From assembly GCA_964472415.1 (NCBI GenBank), contig CAYYLC010000001.1, forward strand, positions 3,269 through 67,268: a DNA stretch of 64,000 bases, written 5' to 3'. Position numbers and translations under genes: made by a program. A model generated the notes under the pieces. That model saw nothing but the letters and a program-made list of their open reading frames with translations, did no database searches and was not told the origin of the DNA. Below are positions 19,068 to 29,134 of the stretch, one piece after another. Each line of letters opens with the position of its first letter. The first letter of the stretch is position 1. Source of the DNA: an uncultured Gammaproteobacteria bacterium (GTDB taxonomy: Bacteria; Patescibacteriota; Microgenomatia; Levybacterales; GWA1-39-11).

Positions 19068-22000
19068 TTATTGGATAGCGGTTATGCGGAATATAACTTC
19101 TGTTGCGTCGCCAACAAAATCTTCATTACCGTCAACGGCAATATAAATTTTATCTCCAGCAGATAGTGTGCCGAGATTGAAGATTTCAGGATTTATCGTC
19201 CATGGTAGTCCAAGAGTTGTAAGAGATGCGATCTCCTCTTTGTCATTATTGAATACTCTCAAGGTTGCACTTGTTCCCCACGGAAGAACTCTTCGGATGC
19301 TAAGGTTTGATATTGAATACTCTCCAGTAATCGGCGTGATAAATGCGGATACTACGAGGTGATTATTTGCTGGCGGATGCATCTGAAGATCAAATACTCC
19401 GGATGGCTCTGGTGTGTTTGATTCTTCTCCTCCGCTTCCGCGCGGGGTAGAGCTTTTTCCAATATAGGGATAATTTCCGTTTCCTATCCAAAATGAAGAT
19501 AAATTATTAAATGTCTCGGGGTGATTACCGGATATAAATTGTGAGAATAAACTATCTAAAAGAACGCCATTATCGTCTGTTGATTCATATAATTCTAAGG
19601 TTGTCGATATTGTGTTTGATGAGTCGTTGAGCGTTGCTTGAGCACTATCGCTACTTATTTCGATATCATATGAATTCCAAATAAATTCACCTGTAGGAAT
19701 TATTGTAGGGGCTGGGCTTGGTGTTGGCGTAATGTTATGAGATTCTTTGAGGCTTACTGTCCAGGTAACCTCCGTCGCATCGCCGACAAAGTCTCCATCA
19801 CGATCAACTGCAAAATAAATTCTATCACCCTCTGAGAGTTCACCAAGTTCATATTCTGTAGTATCTATTGTCCAATCTTGTCCTGTTGCTTGGATGGTTG
19901 CTATCTCGTTCTGATCAGTATCAAATACTCGAAGTGTAGTCGTGTTTCCCCAGGAAAGTACTCTCCGTGCTGCGAGATTTGAAATAGAATAGGCGCCATC
20001 TTGAGGAATAATAAATGATGCGGTGATAAGCTTGTCGCTTTCTGGGGGTGACATCTGTAGATCATAAACTCCTTCTGGTGCAGGGGTGTCTATCTCACTT
20101 GATTCAGACCCTCGTGCAGTTGTACTTTTCCCAATATATGGATATTCTCCGAAGTCTCCTGGATCTCTTGACCAGAAGGTTGAGACATTGTTAAACGTTT
20201 CAGGATGAGTAGCGTCATTCCATGCTGAGAGTAGCTCACCGCGCTCTACTCCATCATCGTTGGCTGACTCATACAATTCTAGAATTACAGGATTTGATTC
20301 ATTTTCATCAAATAATATTGCAGTAGCTGATTCAGAGCTTGTCTCAGTGTCATATGAATTCCAGGAGGTAAGGATAGATTCGTTTCCATTGACAGTAAGC
20401 GTAATGCTTTGAGCTGCAGTGTCATTTTCATTCGATGCAGTAAGCGTATATTCAGTTGTTTCTGTTGGGGAGATGGTTGCTGTTCCACTGGCTTCAATAG
20501 AGCCTAAGTGTGTTATGGTTACCTCTGATGCGTTTGAAGTTTCCCAAGATATGGTCGCGTTATCTCCAGAATTTATCTCAGATGGATCTAGAGTGAAAGT
20601 ATGAATTATCGGTGAACTGGTAATAAGAGATGCAGAGATTGTGGCATTAGTTAGTGTAGAAATCTCTTGGTTTTGTAGTCCGCCATTTGACCAGCTATCA
20701 AATATATAGGTTGCGCCATTGATTATTTGTGGTGAAGGAACAAAAAGAGAACTCGTTCCACCAGCTGTTATTGCAGCAGTATCAGGCGTTGTGTGAGTTA
20801 TGCCATTAAGGACTACGGTTGCTCCTTCAGGAGCGCTTTGAAGGTTCAAATTTACCTTCTTTGATCCAATAATTCTGTTTGTTGTTGTTTCTAAGCCGCT
20901 ACTGTCTCTTGTAGTAACGAATAGCTCTAAATCTGTTCCTTCCCCATGATCAGGCGCAGTAAAACTTCCTGAAGAACCTGTGCCTGAAAGGAATGGGTGG
21001 GTGTGACAAGTGTTTGATATCAATTCACAGTGATTGAGAATAAGATTCCAGGAAATGTTATCTTCGCTGATGACTCCATCCTCTGTATCTATTGCTTGTG
21101 CAGTAAAATTTATGGTTTCTCCTACGATATATTCATACCCTTCTATAGGAGTATTGATAGTGACCTCTGGGGGAGTATTTCCTGGATACACCGTGAGCTC
21201 TTGAGTTGTAGAATTTCCTTTCAGGTCTGATACGGTTAATGAAACTTCATATGTGCCACCAATAAGATATGTGTGATTCGGATTTTCACTTTGTGAGGTA
21301 TTACTATCTCCAAAATCCCATTCATAGAATAACATTTCACCAGATGGACTATAAGTACCTTCGCTTGAGAACTGTATAAATAATGGAACTGGTCCTGACT
21401 GAGGTGTTGCTGTCATATTCACAATCGGAGCACTCGAAGATGTCCCATATGTAATTCTTCTCAATTGCCCAGTGTATATTGAGACATAATAGATGTCTCC
21501 ATTTGGACCAGAAAATATTTGTACGGGGCCATCTGGTTGCTCTGAAAACACCTCGACGCTTCCTTCGATAAGCTTATTTTCTTCATCAACATCCATTGCC
21601 CATATGACGCTTTGGCTATAATCTCCAAAGTAATATTTGTTGTGATATTGTTCAGGATATGATGTCCCCGCGTAGAAGGTGCCGCCCACAATAGAAGATC
21701 CTGGTGGATGAGGATATACGTGAATTGGCGGAATTACTGTGTTGGATGCTTCTAAGTCTTGGCATAATTCATAGGCGGAATATCCGAGGACGAACTCGTT
21801 TCCTTCAAAGCATGGCCATCCATAATTATTCCCAGGTGTTACTACGTTAATCTCTTCCCAGGTTCCCCATCCTACATCCCCAGCAAAAATAGTATTCTCT
21901 CCCGGCTTAACACTAAATCGGAATGGATTTCTAAAACCATATGCCCATACTTTAGAACGATTATCATTTGGATTGCCAGTATAGAATGGATTGTTCGGCA

Positions 22001-24026
22001 AGCCTGTTCCATCGGTATTGATTCTCAATATCTTTCCCGATAATATATCGAGATTCTGTGCTCTGAGTGCTTGAGTGTTTACATTCGTATCTGGTGCGCC
22101 ATCTCCTACAGATACGAGGAGTGAGCCATCTGCCATAAATGCCATTCCGCCAATAGTGTGGGTTCTTGCATCAGATGGTATGCAGTCAGTGTCTGGATAA
22201 TTGTCGCAAGAAGGATTTTCTACGGTGCCATTATTGGTTCCCAGGATAATTTCCATAGTGTTAAGATCTGCAGTAGTTCCTTCTACTGTGAGTCGTATAA
22301 CTCGTGCTGATTTGACGCCTTCAAAATCAGTTGGATTAATGTCATAAGAGTATGCAGCATAGAGGTGTCCATTTTGCGCAAAGTTGGGATCAAGTGCAAT
22401 GGAGAGAAGGCCTCTATCTTGGTATGTATTTACGTTTGGGATTACTACCAGAGGATCAGGAAGGAGTGTGCCATTTTCTACAACGCGTATAGTTCCATCT
22501 TTTTCAGCGACAAATATTTTTCCATCTGGAGCGATTGCGGCATATGTGGGAAGATTAAATCCAGTCGCAAGTACTTCAGTTTGGAAACTTTGGGATGCAT
22601 TTTGAATATAAGCATCGTTCAGCGTTACGTCGTCGAAATACATTGTGTGGTTATTTGTTGGTGTAGAGAAATAAGAACCCCATGTCATAACATGGATATC
22701 GTCGCGTCCAGCAAGCCCTGTATTAATCTCTGTAAAGTGTACGATCTTTTCACCATCGAGCCAAACTTCGATCTGTCCGTGTTCTTCATCAACAGTTACC
22801 CGTGATTGAATTTCATGCCAAGAACCATCTCGCGGAATTGCTGGACCGAAAGGACCAGGGAAATGCGTTTCTCCATCAGAGCTAAAATAGACTGGACTTA
22901 ATCGATAGTCTGATCCGATAGTAAGCCAGAGGATATTTCTAAAATCGTCAGTTTTATAGACGATTGCGTTGTGTACTGATCCGGGGTCGAGGTTGTAATC
23001 TTCCGGAAGACTGATGTGCGTTTTTTGATAAATGGTGCTTCGTTTATCAAAAAATTGATCAATAACTGCTGTAGGTTCTGAGCCGCCAGTACTTATTTCG
23101 AGAGCGTAATTTCCTGTTCTGACGTGATTGCTATTCACCTCCAAAGTGTTTCCTTGACGTACGTCAATATTTGGTTGAGGATAGGCAGAAGTGTCACCCT
23201 CTTCAAATCCATTTGAAAAAATAGGCATTGTTGAATTGATGGTAGTAAAGTTTGCTGTATAATTATTCTCTGATCCTATGGTGATAAATTGTTCTTGGTT
23301 TCCTCCATTTGACCAGTCTGAAAAAATAACAGTCCTTCCATCTGGTGTTGTTTGGGGTGAGGGTACGTATAAAGAGTGCATTTCGCCCGATGAAGTATGA
23401 AGTGTGTATGGAACTGTTTGAGTGACTCCGTCAACGACAATCTGTAATCCTGGTTCAGATGTGTTGATTGTAATATCACGTGGTGCCTCTTCTATTACAA
23501 CGCTCACAGAGCCTACCCACCACCGGTCAAAATATTCTACTATTACTTCGTGGCTCCCTGAATTGAGCGTAATATTTTCTGTATAGGTAGTTGCGAGTTG
23601 CACCTGCCACCCATCGATGATTTGATTTCCATCTACAAAGACTTTGATTCCGTCATCAGCTCGGACAGTGAAACGATATATGCCTTCAGAGACATTTATA
23701 ATTCCTCTCCACCGTGCGCTAAACTCATCAGAATTTACCACAGGATCTGGTGATCCTTGTTCCCAGTCATAATCAATTGAGGCTTCCTCTCGTGTAAGGA
23801 CCGGGTCACCGCTGAGAGTCATGTTGTTGAAATATTCTGCGTTCCACTGTACAGAAATTGGCTCAGCTTTAGCAGAAGGGAGGATATAGAGTGCCGAAAG
23901 TGCGGTAATACCAACCGCCGCGAACATTGCATTTCGAAGTTTTCTACGTTTCGTTATCTGCTTTATTGCGTAGTTAATTTTCGATTTAAAACTTATAATT
24001 TTTTTGGATAATTTCCTTATATTCAA
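19068..24026 (-). CDS. Large exported protein: PA14, ConA/lyase-like, PQQ-dependent sugar dehydrogenase-like (GSDH) propeller, PKD/Ig, two unknown C-terminal repeats
   Basis: FSARWRG/DDGIKVFVDG (PA14); DRGLLSIA, GKILRIN, AYGFRNPFRF, EEIN, GNNYGWP (GSDH); WDFGD (PKD). Confidence 0.8.
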   Translation of the reverse strand: MNIRKLSKKIISFKSKINYAIKQITKRRKLRNAMFAAVGITALSALYILPSAKAEPISVQWNAEYFNNMTLSGDPVLTREEASIDYDWEQGSPDPVVNSDEFSARWRGIINVSEGIYRFTVRADDGIKVFVDGNQIIDGWQVQLATTYTENITLNSGSHEVIVEYFDRWWVGSVSVVIEEAPRDITINTSEPGLQIVVDGVTQTVPYTLHTSSGEMHSLYVPSPQTTPDGRTVIFSDWSNGGNQEQFITIGSENNYTANFTTINSTMPIFSNGFEEGDTSAYPQPNIDVRQGNTLEVNSNHVRTGNYALEISTGGSEPTAVIDQFFDKRSTIYQKTHISLPEDYNLDPGSVHNAIVYKTDDFRNILWLTIGSDYRLSPVYFSSDGETHFPGPFGPAIPRDGSWHEIQSRVTVDEEHGQIEVWLDGEKIVHFTEINTGLAGRDDIHVMTWGSYFSTPTNNHTMYFDDVTLNDAYIQNASQSFQTEVLATGFNLPTYAAIAPDGKIFVAEKDGTIRVVENGTLLPDPLVVIPNVNTYQDRGLLSIALDPNFAQNGHLYAAYSYDINPTDFEGVKSARVIRLTVEGTTADLNTMEIILGTNNGTVENPSCDNYPDTDCIPSDARTHTIGGMAFMADGSLLVSVGDGAPDTNVNTQALRAQNLDILSGKILRINTDGTGLPNNPFYTGNPNDNRSKVWAYGFRNPFRFSVKPGENTIFAGDVGWGTWEEINVVTPGNNYGWPCFEGNEFVLGYSAYELCQDLEASNTVIPPIHVYPHPPGSSIVGGTFYAGTSYPEQYHNKYYFGDYSQSVIWAMDVDEENKLIEGSVEVFSEQPDGPVQIFSGPNGDIYYVSIYTGQLRRITYGTSSSAPIVNMTATPQSGPVPLFIQFSSEGTYSPSGEMLFYEWDFGDSNTSQSENPNHTYLIGGTYEVSLTVSDLKGNSTTQELTVYPGNTPPEVTINTPIEGYEYIVGETINFTAQAIDTEDGVISEDNISWNLILNHCELISNTCHTHPFLSGTGSSGSFTAPDHGEGTDLELFVTTRDSSGLETTTNRIIGSKKVNLNLQSAPEGATVVLNGITHTTPDTAAITAGGTSSLFVPSPQIINGATYIFDSWSNGGLQNQEISTLTNATISASLITSSPIIHTFTLDPSEINSGDNATISWETSNASEVTITHLGSIEASGTATISPTETTEYTLTASNENDTAAQSITLTVNGNESILTSWNSYDTETSSESATAILFDENESNPVILELYESANDDGVERGELLSAWNDATHPETFNNVSTFWSRDPGDFGEYPYIGKSTTARGSESSEIDTPAPEGVYDLQMSPPESDKLITASFIIPQDGAYSISNLAARRVLSWGNTTTLRVFDTDQNEIATIQATGQDWTIDTTEYELGELSEGDRIYFAVDRDGDFVGDATEVTWTVSLKESHNITPTPSPAPTIIPTGEFIWNSYDIEISSDSAQATLNDSSNTISTTLELYESTDDNGVLLDSLFSQFISGNHPETFNNLSSFWIGNGNYPYIGKSSTPRGSGGEESNTPEPSGVFDLQMHPPANNHLVVSAFITPITGEYSISNLSIRRVLPWGTSATLRVFNNDKEEIASLTTLGLPWTINPEIFNLGTLSAGDKIYIAVDGNEDFVGDATEVIFRITAIQ

Positions 24027-24062
24027 GTTTATTTGAAAAATAATACTATGAGCAGTCTCGTA

Positions 24063-24091
24063 ATTATATTAGGGACTTATAGCTATGTCAA
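24063..24091 (-). promoter_or_regulatory. Consensus sigma70 promoter of the 1652-aa gene
   Basis: TTGACA-17 nt-TATAAT on the minus strand. Confidence 0.75.
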
Positions 24092-24130
24092 ATAGGATAT
24101 AAGGATTAATAAAAATAGATCTTTTTATAC

Positions 24131-24161
24131 AAAAAAGGCGGAGATTATTAGTCTCCGCCTT
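24131..24161 (-). terminator. Intrinsic terminator after the GT2 operon
   Basis: GGCGGAGA-N7-TCTCCGCC followed by T6 on the minus strand. Confidence 0.85.
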
Positions 24162-24180
24162 AGGATAAGTCCTGAAAGAA

Positions 24181-25641
24181 TCATCCGAGAGAAGTTCGTT
24201 CTTGAACCTCTGTCGCTAAATCTTCCGTTTCTGTGCGAATAACTTTTGGTGTTAGTTCCCACATATGAGGACGTGTTATGAGCTGATATTTTTCTCTCCA
24301 AGCAGCGATTGCTTGGAGGATCCAATACAGCCATATCGTGCATAGGACGGTTCGAACATGCCCATCACTTTTTCCTTTGATGCATCCTGCATATGTGAGG
24401 AGAATCATCAGGAAATTGCCTGATACCATAGACAGGAGTCCAAGGTAAAAAAGCGTTTCTGGATACATTTGTTCGATAAAGTCCGGCTCTGATATAAGAT
24501 ACACAACTGTTAACGCCCAAAAAATGGGGTTAAGGAAGGGGATGAGCGGTGTTGATCCTATAAGGACATGAAAGGCTAGGAAGTTTTTAAATCCGAGTCT
24601 TTGATATGTCTTTAAGGGATTTCTCATGTACTTGAGCCATGTTTGGTCAAAACCTTTGAACCAGCGAGTTCTTTGTCTGATCCATGGAGCGATTTCTGAT
24701 GGTGCTTCTTCCCATGTTGCAGAGTTGACGCTCGCGATTTCGTAGTCGTCCATTGTGAACCGAACACCGAATTCACAGTCTTCTGTACTGTTGAATACGT
24801 CAAGACCTCCGCTTTGTCTTAAGACATTCGTTTTGATATAGACTGAATTTCCGGGAAAGAGGGGAAGTAGTCTATGTTTTGCAAGTGTCTGGACAACGAC
24901 TTTATGGTGAAAGTTGTACTCAGAAGCATGATGTTTCGTGAGCCAATTTTCGTCGTCATTTGAAACCAGTGTTTTTGCTTGAATGGCAGCAACGTTCGTC
25001 CCTGCTTTCTGAAGAAAGGCCATGTGTATTTTTTTGATTTGATCCGGTTCAGGTCGAGATTCGGAATCCATGATTACCGTTATCTCTCCTCTTGCCTTTT
25101 CAAGCCCAAACATAAGTGCACGAGGCTTATTCTTAGGGTAATGTTCGCCGAATGTAACGAGTTGATAGAACGATGGGAGCTGTATCGATGAGATCATCGA
25201 GAGCATTTCCATATCTTCTTCACGTACTAGTAGGATAACTTGTAGTTTTTCCTTTGGCCAGTCGAGTTTTGTGATACTTTCGAGTTGACCAGGGAATGCT
25301 ACGGTTTCCCGATAGTGAGGTGCAAGGATGGTTACTGTTGGGAGATTTTCGTTTTTGAGTTCTCCAATTTGCTCTGCGGTGACATTGATTTCCTTCGAAT
25401 CGATAGTGTGGCTGAGCATCAACAGCGCTTTTGAAATCGGATTTGCGAGGCCGATTATAGTTGCGCATGCAGTAAATACGACGAATACTGTCTGAGTGTG
25501 GCCTGTAGAAATCAGAATGCCAATTCCTAACAGTATGCCAATAAAGACACCAATTTGAGAATGGGTGAATGTTTTTTCTGAAGTCTCTATTTCTGCAAGA
25601 GGTTCTGCTGTTACAATCCGAACCTTAGGTTTCTTTTTCAA
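24181..25641 (-). CDS. Processive membrane glycosyltransferase, family 2 (CESA-like)
   Basis: NKPRAL, MDSE (DxD-like), TED, QRTRW (QxxRW), N- and C-terminal TMs; TTG start with AAGGAGG. Confidence 0.88.
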   Translation of the reverse strand: MKKKPKVRIVTAEPLAEIETSEKTFTHSQIGVFIGILLGIGILISTGHTQTVFVVFTACATIIGLANPISKALLMLSHTIDSKEINVTAEQIGELKNENLPTVTILAPHYRETVAFPGQLESITKLDWPKEKLQVILLVREEDMEMLSMISSIQLPSFYQLVTFGEHYPKNKPRALMFGLEKARGEITVIMDSESRPEPDQIKKIHMAFLQKAGTNVAAIQAKTLVSNDDENWLTKHHASEYNFHHKVVVQTLAKHRLLPLFPGNSVYIKTNVLRQSGGLDVFNSTEDCEFGVRFTMDDYEIASVNSATWEEAPSEIAPWIRQRTRWFKGFDQTWLKYMRNPLKTYQRLGFKNFLAFHVLIGSTPLIPFLNPIFWALTVVYLISEPDFIEQMYPETLFYLGLLSMVSGNFLMILLTYAGCIKGKSDGHVRTVLCTIWLYWILQAIAAWREKYQLITRPHMWELTPKVIRTETEDLATEVQERTSLG

Positions 25642-25653
25642 GTTGCCCTCCTT

Positions 25654-27447
25654 TTATGTCGGATTGATTGGATGTGTTTCGCTTATTGCTGGCAGATCGG
25701 TCCCTTTGATCTTATAAATCTCATATCCATATCCTTGTGCAACAAGGTCATAGTGTTCGACTAGTGTAGGAGATCCTCTGAGAGTTCTCCATATTTCATC
25801 TTGTCTGCGACCGTCGGGATGACCTCTCATGATAATCCAGTCGACATGTGCGCTTATTGGATTTGTGAGAGCCTGATTCCAGAAATCTTGCTCTACCCCC
25901 TCGTACGTAATCTTGTTAAGCGGCACGGGGGACTTGTAGAATATTGGCTCGTTTCCGAAGCGGTTCATGACAACAATTCCCCTGTCGTAGTGTTCGTCAA
26001 GGAAACTGGTAATTTCTGCATGAATCCGAGCGTCGTCATTCGTCTTGTTCTGGAGCGCTTCTCCAGCAGAGAGTATCCCTCCTTGCCAGGTGATGCCTGT
26101 TGAAAGTATCACGAGAACAAAAACGGGGAATTGGATAAATCGTACTTTGTGGACGAGATATCCAACACCAAGTGCTGCTGCGGGAGTCATAAGTACTCCA
26201 TAACGTGTTCCCCAATTTGATCCTTCAATAACGTCTGGATGCCAGAGGGCACTCCATCCGAAATAAAGAGACGCAATGAAGAATACGAATGGATATAGTA
26301 GGCAGAGGGTAAGAAGTTTTTCTGCCACGTTCTGTTTGGAGAAGAATAGGAGAGTTACCCCTACTATCCCAAGCGATGCTGTGATCCATCCTACAGTATC
26401 GAATGCCGATCGAGCATAGAGTTCGATAGACAAAGGAAGATTGTGGATGGAACGATTTGACTCATTCATGCCAGCAAGAGCCGCTCGTGCAATTGATCCA
26501 GAAGAAAATTCACTGTTCATAAAAAATAGCGGATCTCCTAGATATTGCAGATTGAGGATTAGCCAGGCAAGGATTGGCCCGCCTACGATTGTGGCAAAGA
26601 CGAAGAGGTGATCTTCTGTCTTTTTGTATGAGATCTTCCTCTGCCAATGGGTAATCGCTATGACGCTGAGAAACGGTATAAATCCGACCCAGCCTTCATA
26701 GCGGGTCATGCATGCTGCTGCGAGTGTTGCTGCTGCAAGACACAGAGGCTTAAGTTTACCCAAATCCTCTTGCAGCATCCATTGCCTTGTGAAGTATGTA
26801 GTCATTACGATGAACGTAGTGAATGGAACTTCTGACATTGGGGTTGATTGCAAGAAAAGCATGTCTGCTGTCGAGAATGCGACAAAACCACCGATGAACG
26901 ATGCAAGTTTGTCGTTAGTAAATGACAGAACGAGTTTGTACATGTAGGCGGCTCCTACCACAAAGCTTGTCATAATGACAAGCGATCCGGAAAGACCTGT
27001 TTCGTAGAGAGGGTCAATTATAGATAATAGGACCATCACTGCTTGAGGTAATGGTGGCCATACTCCTATAAGTTGCTCAATGCCTGGATTGACCGAGTTT
27101 GTTGCAAGACGTGACATAGTAAGCCGTGCTATGGCATCACCATATGCAAGAATCATGTCTTCCTGATAGAAATACACAAAGCTTGCTGCTGATGTAATTC
27201 CTGCCAGGAGTATAACGACATGAAGAACCTTGTCTCCTGTCCATTTGAATTCTATCTGTATGTTTATGAAGCCTTTGAATCTGTTGGGCTGAGAATTGCG
27301 CTTTTCTATTCGAGCAGCACTATTGGCTTGCATAAGGCTAAAGATGATGTACATGGTTTTAAAAGGAATGAAGCCTATTCGGATCAAATTCCAGATAATC
27401 CATGTATGACCTTTGGTTTCCAGTAAGGCTGATGGTATAGGTGTCAC
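25654..27447 (-). CDS. GT-C fold (GT39/PMT-like) polytopic glycosyltransferase
   Basis: YGDA..RL, WPPLP, MSEVP, TRYEGW, multiple TMs; GTG start with GGAGG. Confidence 0.75.
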   Translation of the reverse strand: MTPIPSALLETKGHTWIIWNLIRIGFIPFKTMYIIFSLMQANSAARIEKRNSQPNRFKGFINIQIEFKWTGDKVLHVVILLAGITSAASFVYFYQEDMILAYGDAIARLTMSRLATNSVNPGIEQLIGVWPPLPQAVMVLLSIIDPLYETGLSGSLVIMTSFVVGAAYMYKLVLSFTNDKLASFIGGFVAFSTADMLFLQSTPMSEVPFTTFIVMTTYFTRQWMLQEDLGKLKPLCLAAATLAAACMTRYEGWVGFIPFLSVIAITHWQRKISYKKTEDHLFVFATIVGGPILAWLILNLQYLGDPLFFMNSEFSSGSIARAALAGMNESNRSIHNLPLSIELYARSAFDTVGWITASLGIVGVTLLFFSKQNVAEKLLTLCLLYPFVFFIASLYFGWSALWHPDVIEGSNWGTRYGVLMTPAAALGVGYLVHKVRFIQFPVFVLVILSTGITWQGGILSAGEALQNKTNDDARIHAEITSFLDEHYDRGIVVMNRFGNEPIFYKSPVPLNKITYEGVEQDFWNQALTNPISAHVDWIIMRGHPDGRRQDEIWRTLRGSPTLVEHYDLVAQGYGYEIYKIKGTDLPAISETHPINPT

Positions 27448-27459
27448 TATCTGTGCCTC

Positions 27460-28338
27460 CTAATTTTTTGCAAGAAGAGTAGTTGAGAGTGTAAAGAATG
27501 CAGTGAATCCTATGAGGATGAATCTCATTTGGATGTCTGCAAAAATTACCCGTTGAGGATGTACATCTTCAATTTGTGTACTGATCAGATGCCAATATCG
27601 CCATATTCCTGGAAGTACAAGTACTCCAGAAAAAACGAAAAGTGGCGCGATGGAAATTGAAGCAGGTACATATATAAGAATAACAAGCACAAGGCCTACA
27701 GAGAACATTTGTGTAAGTCTTTTGTTCGAGTAGAACGAAAGAGTTCGGCGAGTCGTGGAAGAATTGCCGAGCGCCTGGACTTCACATTTTCGCTTGCCAA
27801 GTTCGACAATAAATGCGATAAGGCCAGCAAGAAGTACCCACAGTTCCCATCCTGGTGGATAATACGATACTGCAAGAAAGCCACCGAATGTCCGTATGCT
27901 AAATAGTACTCCCACAATGACTACATCAACCAGCGAGTGATGTTTCAGTTGGAAGGTGTAGATATGTGAAAGAATAAGATAGCCGGCAAGTAAGATGCCT
28001 GCTTGTATACTAATCACAAATCCTATCTCAAGAGAGAAGATTGTGAAGAGGATAGCCGCAATAATTGCAGCCCTTACTGATAGACGCCCTGATGCGATAG
28101 CACGGTAGCGTTTTCTAGGATGGAGTCTGTCTCGTTGACGATCCATCGTGTCATTTATAAGGTACGCGCTGCTTGCTGCTATGCAAAATCCTGCACAGAA
28201 GAATGCAAGCACAGCGACTTCATTGAGCATTCCTTCATGGAGAAGAAATGGAGCTGGTATGAGAGTGAAGACGTTTTTTGCCCACTGTTTTATTCGTATA
28301 GTAGACAAAACCTCTTGGATTGATTTTTTCGCATTCAC
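27460..28338 (-). CDS. UbiA-family polyprenyl-phosphate phosphoribosyltransferase (DPPR synthase-like)
   Basis: QWAKN, YLINDTMD..RDRLHPRK..RAIASG, LKH..VDV, KRKCE. Confidence 0.85.
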   Translation of the reverse strand: MNAKKSIQEVLSTIRIKQWAKNVFTLIPAPFLLHEGMLNEVAVLAFFCAGFCIAASSAYLINDTMDRQRDRLHPRKRYRAIASGRLSVRAAIIAAILFTIFSLEIGFVISIQAGILLAGYLILSHIYTFQLKHHSLVDVVIVGVLFSIRTFGGFLAVSYYPPGWELWVLLAGLIAFIVELGKRKCEVQALGNSSTTRRTLSFYSNKRLTQMFSVGLVLVILIYVPASISIAPLFVFSGVLVLPGIWRYWHLISTQIEDVHPQRVIFADIQMRFILIGFTAFFTLSTTLLAKN

Positions 28339-28931
28339 GTTAACCTCTCCTCAGTAGGTTCGATAGGTTTTGAGTGAGATTGTATTTCCTGTCCGAGTGT
28401 GATCCGTCGAATGATACGAGTAATTATTCCAAAGGAGATAAGTTCTGCTCCAAAGAAATTGGCGATGAGTCCTATTCCGCTGAATATAAACCACGAAATT
28501 TCCGGTGAGATATGATAGAAAAAATCAAAGGAACTAATCCCAGCGATTTTTAATGGAACGGTTGGCGTGAAGACGCAGAATATGATGAAAAGTGGTATGA
28601 ACCACAATGCATTATGTTTTCGCGTTAGGCTGATGAATTCATGGCGCCAGGTAAATTTTCTATTTGCGACAAAATTGAATAATGCCGACAAAAGAACAGA
28701 TATACTGATTGCGACAAATACTTCTACTTCGATAGAGAGAAGAAGTATGAATAGTGTGCCTTGCAGAATGTTCGTTACTCCGCCAATTGGAATGAAATCC
28801 GATAGTTTGAGTGTAAGATTCGGCCATCTTCTCCAGATTTTTTCCTGGAGAAGAATAATGAATTGAGCTATTCTCCTACCAGGTGTAGGGAGAAATAAGG
28901 TAAGGATTCTTGTTGTTAAATTGCTTGGCAA
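28335..28931 (-). CDS. GtrA-family membrane protein (putative polyprenyl-P-sugar flippase/scaffold)
   Basis: About 4 TMs, FNFVANRKFTW; TTG start; GTGA overlap with the UbiA gene. Confidence 0.75.
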   Translation of the reverse strand: MPSNLTTRILTLFLPTPGRRIAQFIILLQEKIWRRWPNLTLKLSDFIPIGGVTNILQGTLFILLLSIEVEVFVAISISVLLSALFNFVANRKFTWRHEFISLTRKHNALWFIPLFIIFCVFTPTVPLKIAGISSFDFFYHISPEISWFIFSGIGLIANFFGAELISFGIITRIIRRITLGQEIQSHSKPIEPTEERLT

Positions 28932-29083
28932 TGTCCTTTTCCTTAGTTGTGTGGTTGTTAAAGAGCTGTTTAGATTGGTGGATAGCCTGGAGTTGTAGAT
29001 TATTGCAGCTAGTGCTAGTCTACGCTAAACCTAGAGCTATTCTCCAATGGCACAATTTTAGGTTAGGATATGTGGTAAGTCAA
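28932..29083 (-). promoter_or_regulatory. Promoter plus structured leader with canonical boxA and SD
   Basis: TTGACT(29083-29078)-17-TAAAAT(29060-29055); long irregular hairpin 29048-28974; GCTCTTTAACAA 28966-28955; TAAGGA 28945-28940. Confidence 0.75.
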
Positions 29084-29107
29084 CAGAGTTGTATAGCATG
29101 AGTAGGT

Positions 29108-29128
29108 GGGAGGGCATAAAGCCCTCCC
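29108..29128 (-). terminator. Perfect 8-bp hairpin after the epimerase gene
   Basis: GGGAGGGC-N5-GCCCTCCC; no U-tract. Confidence 0.55.
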
Positions 29129-29134
29129 TGTTGA

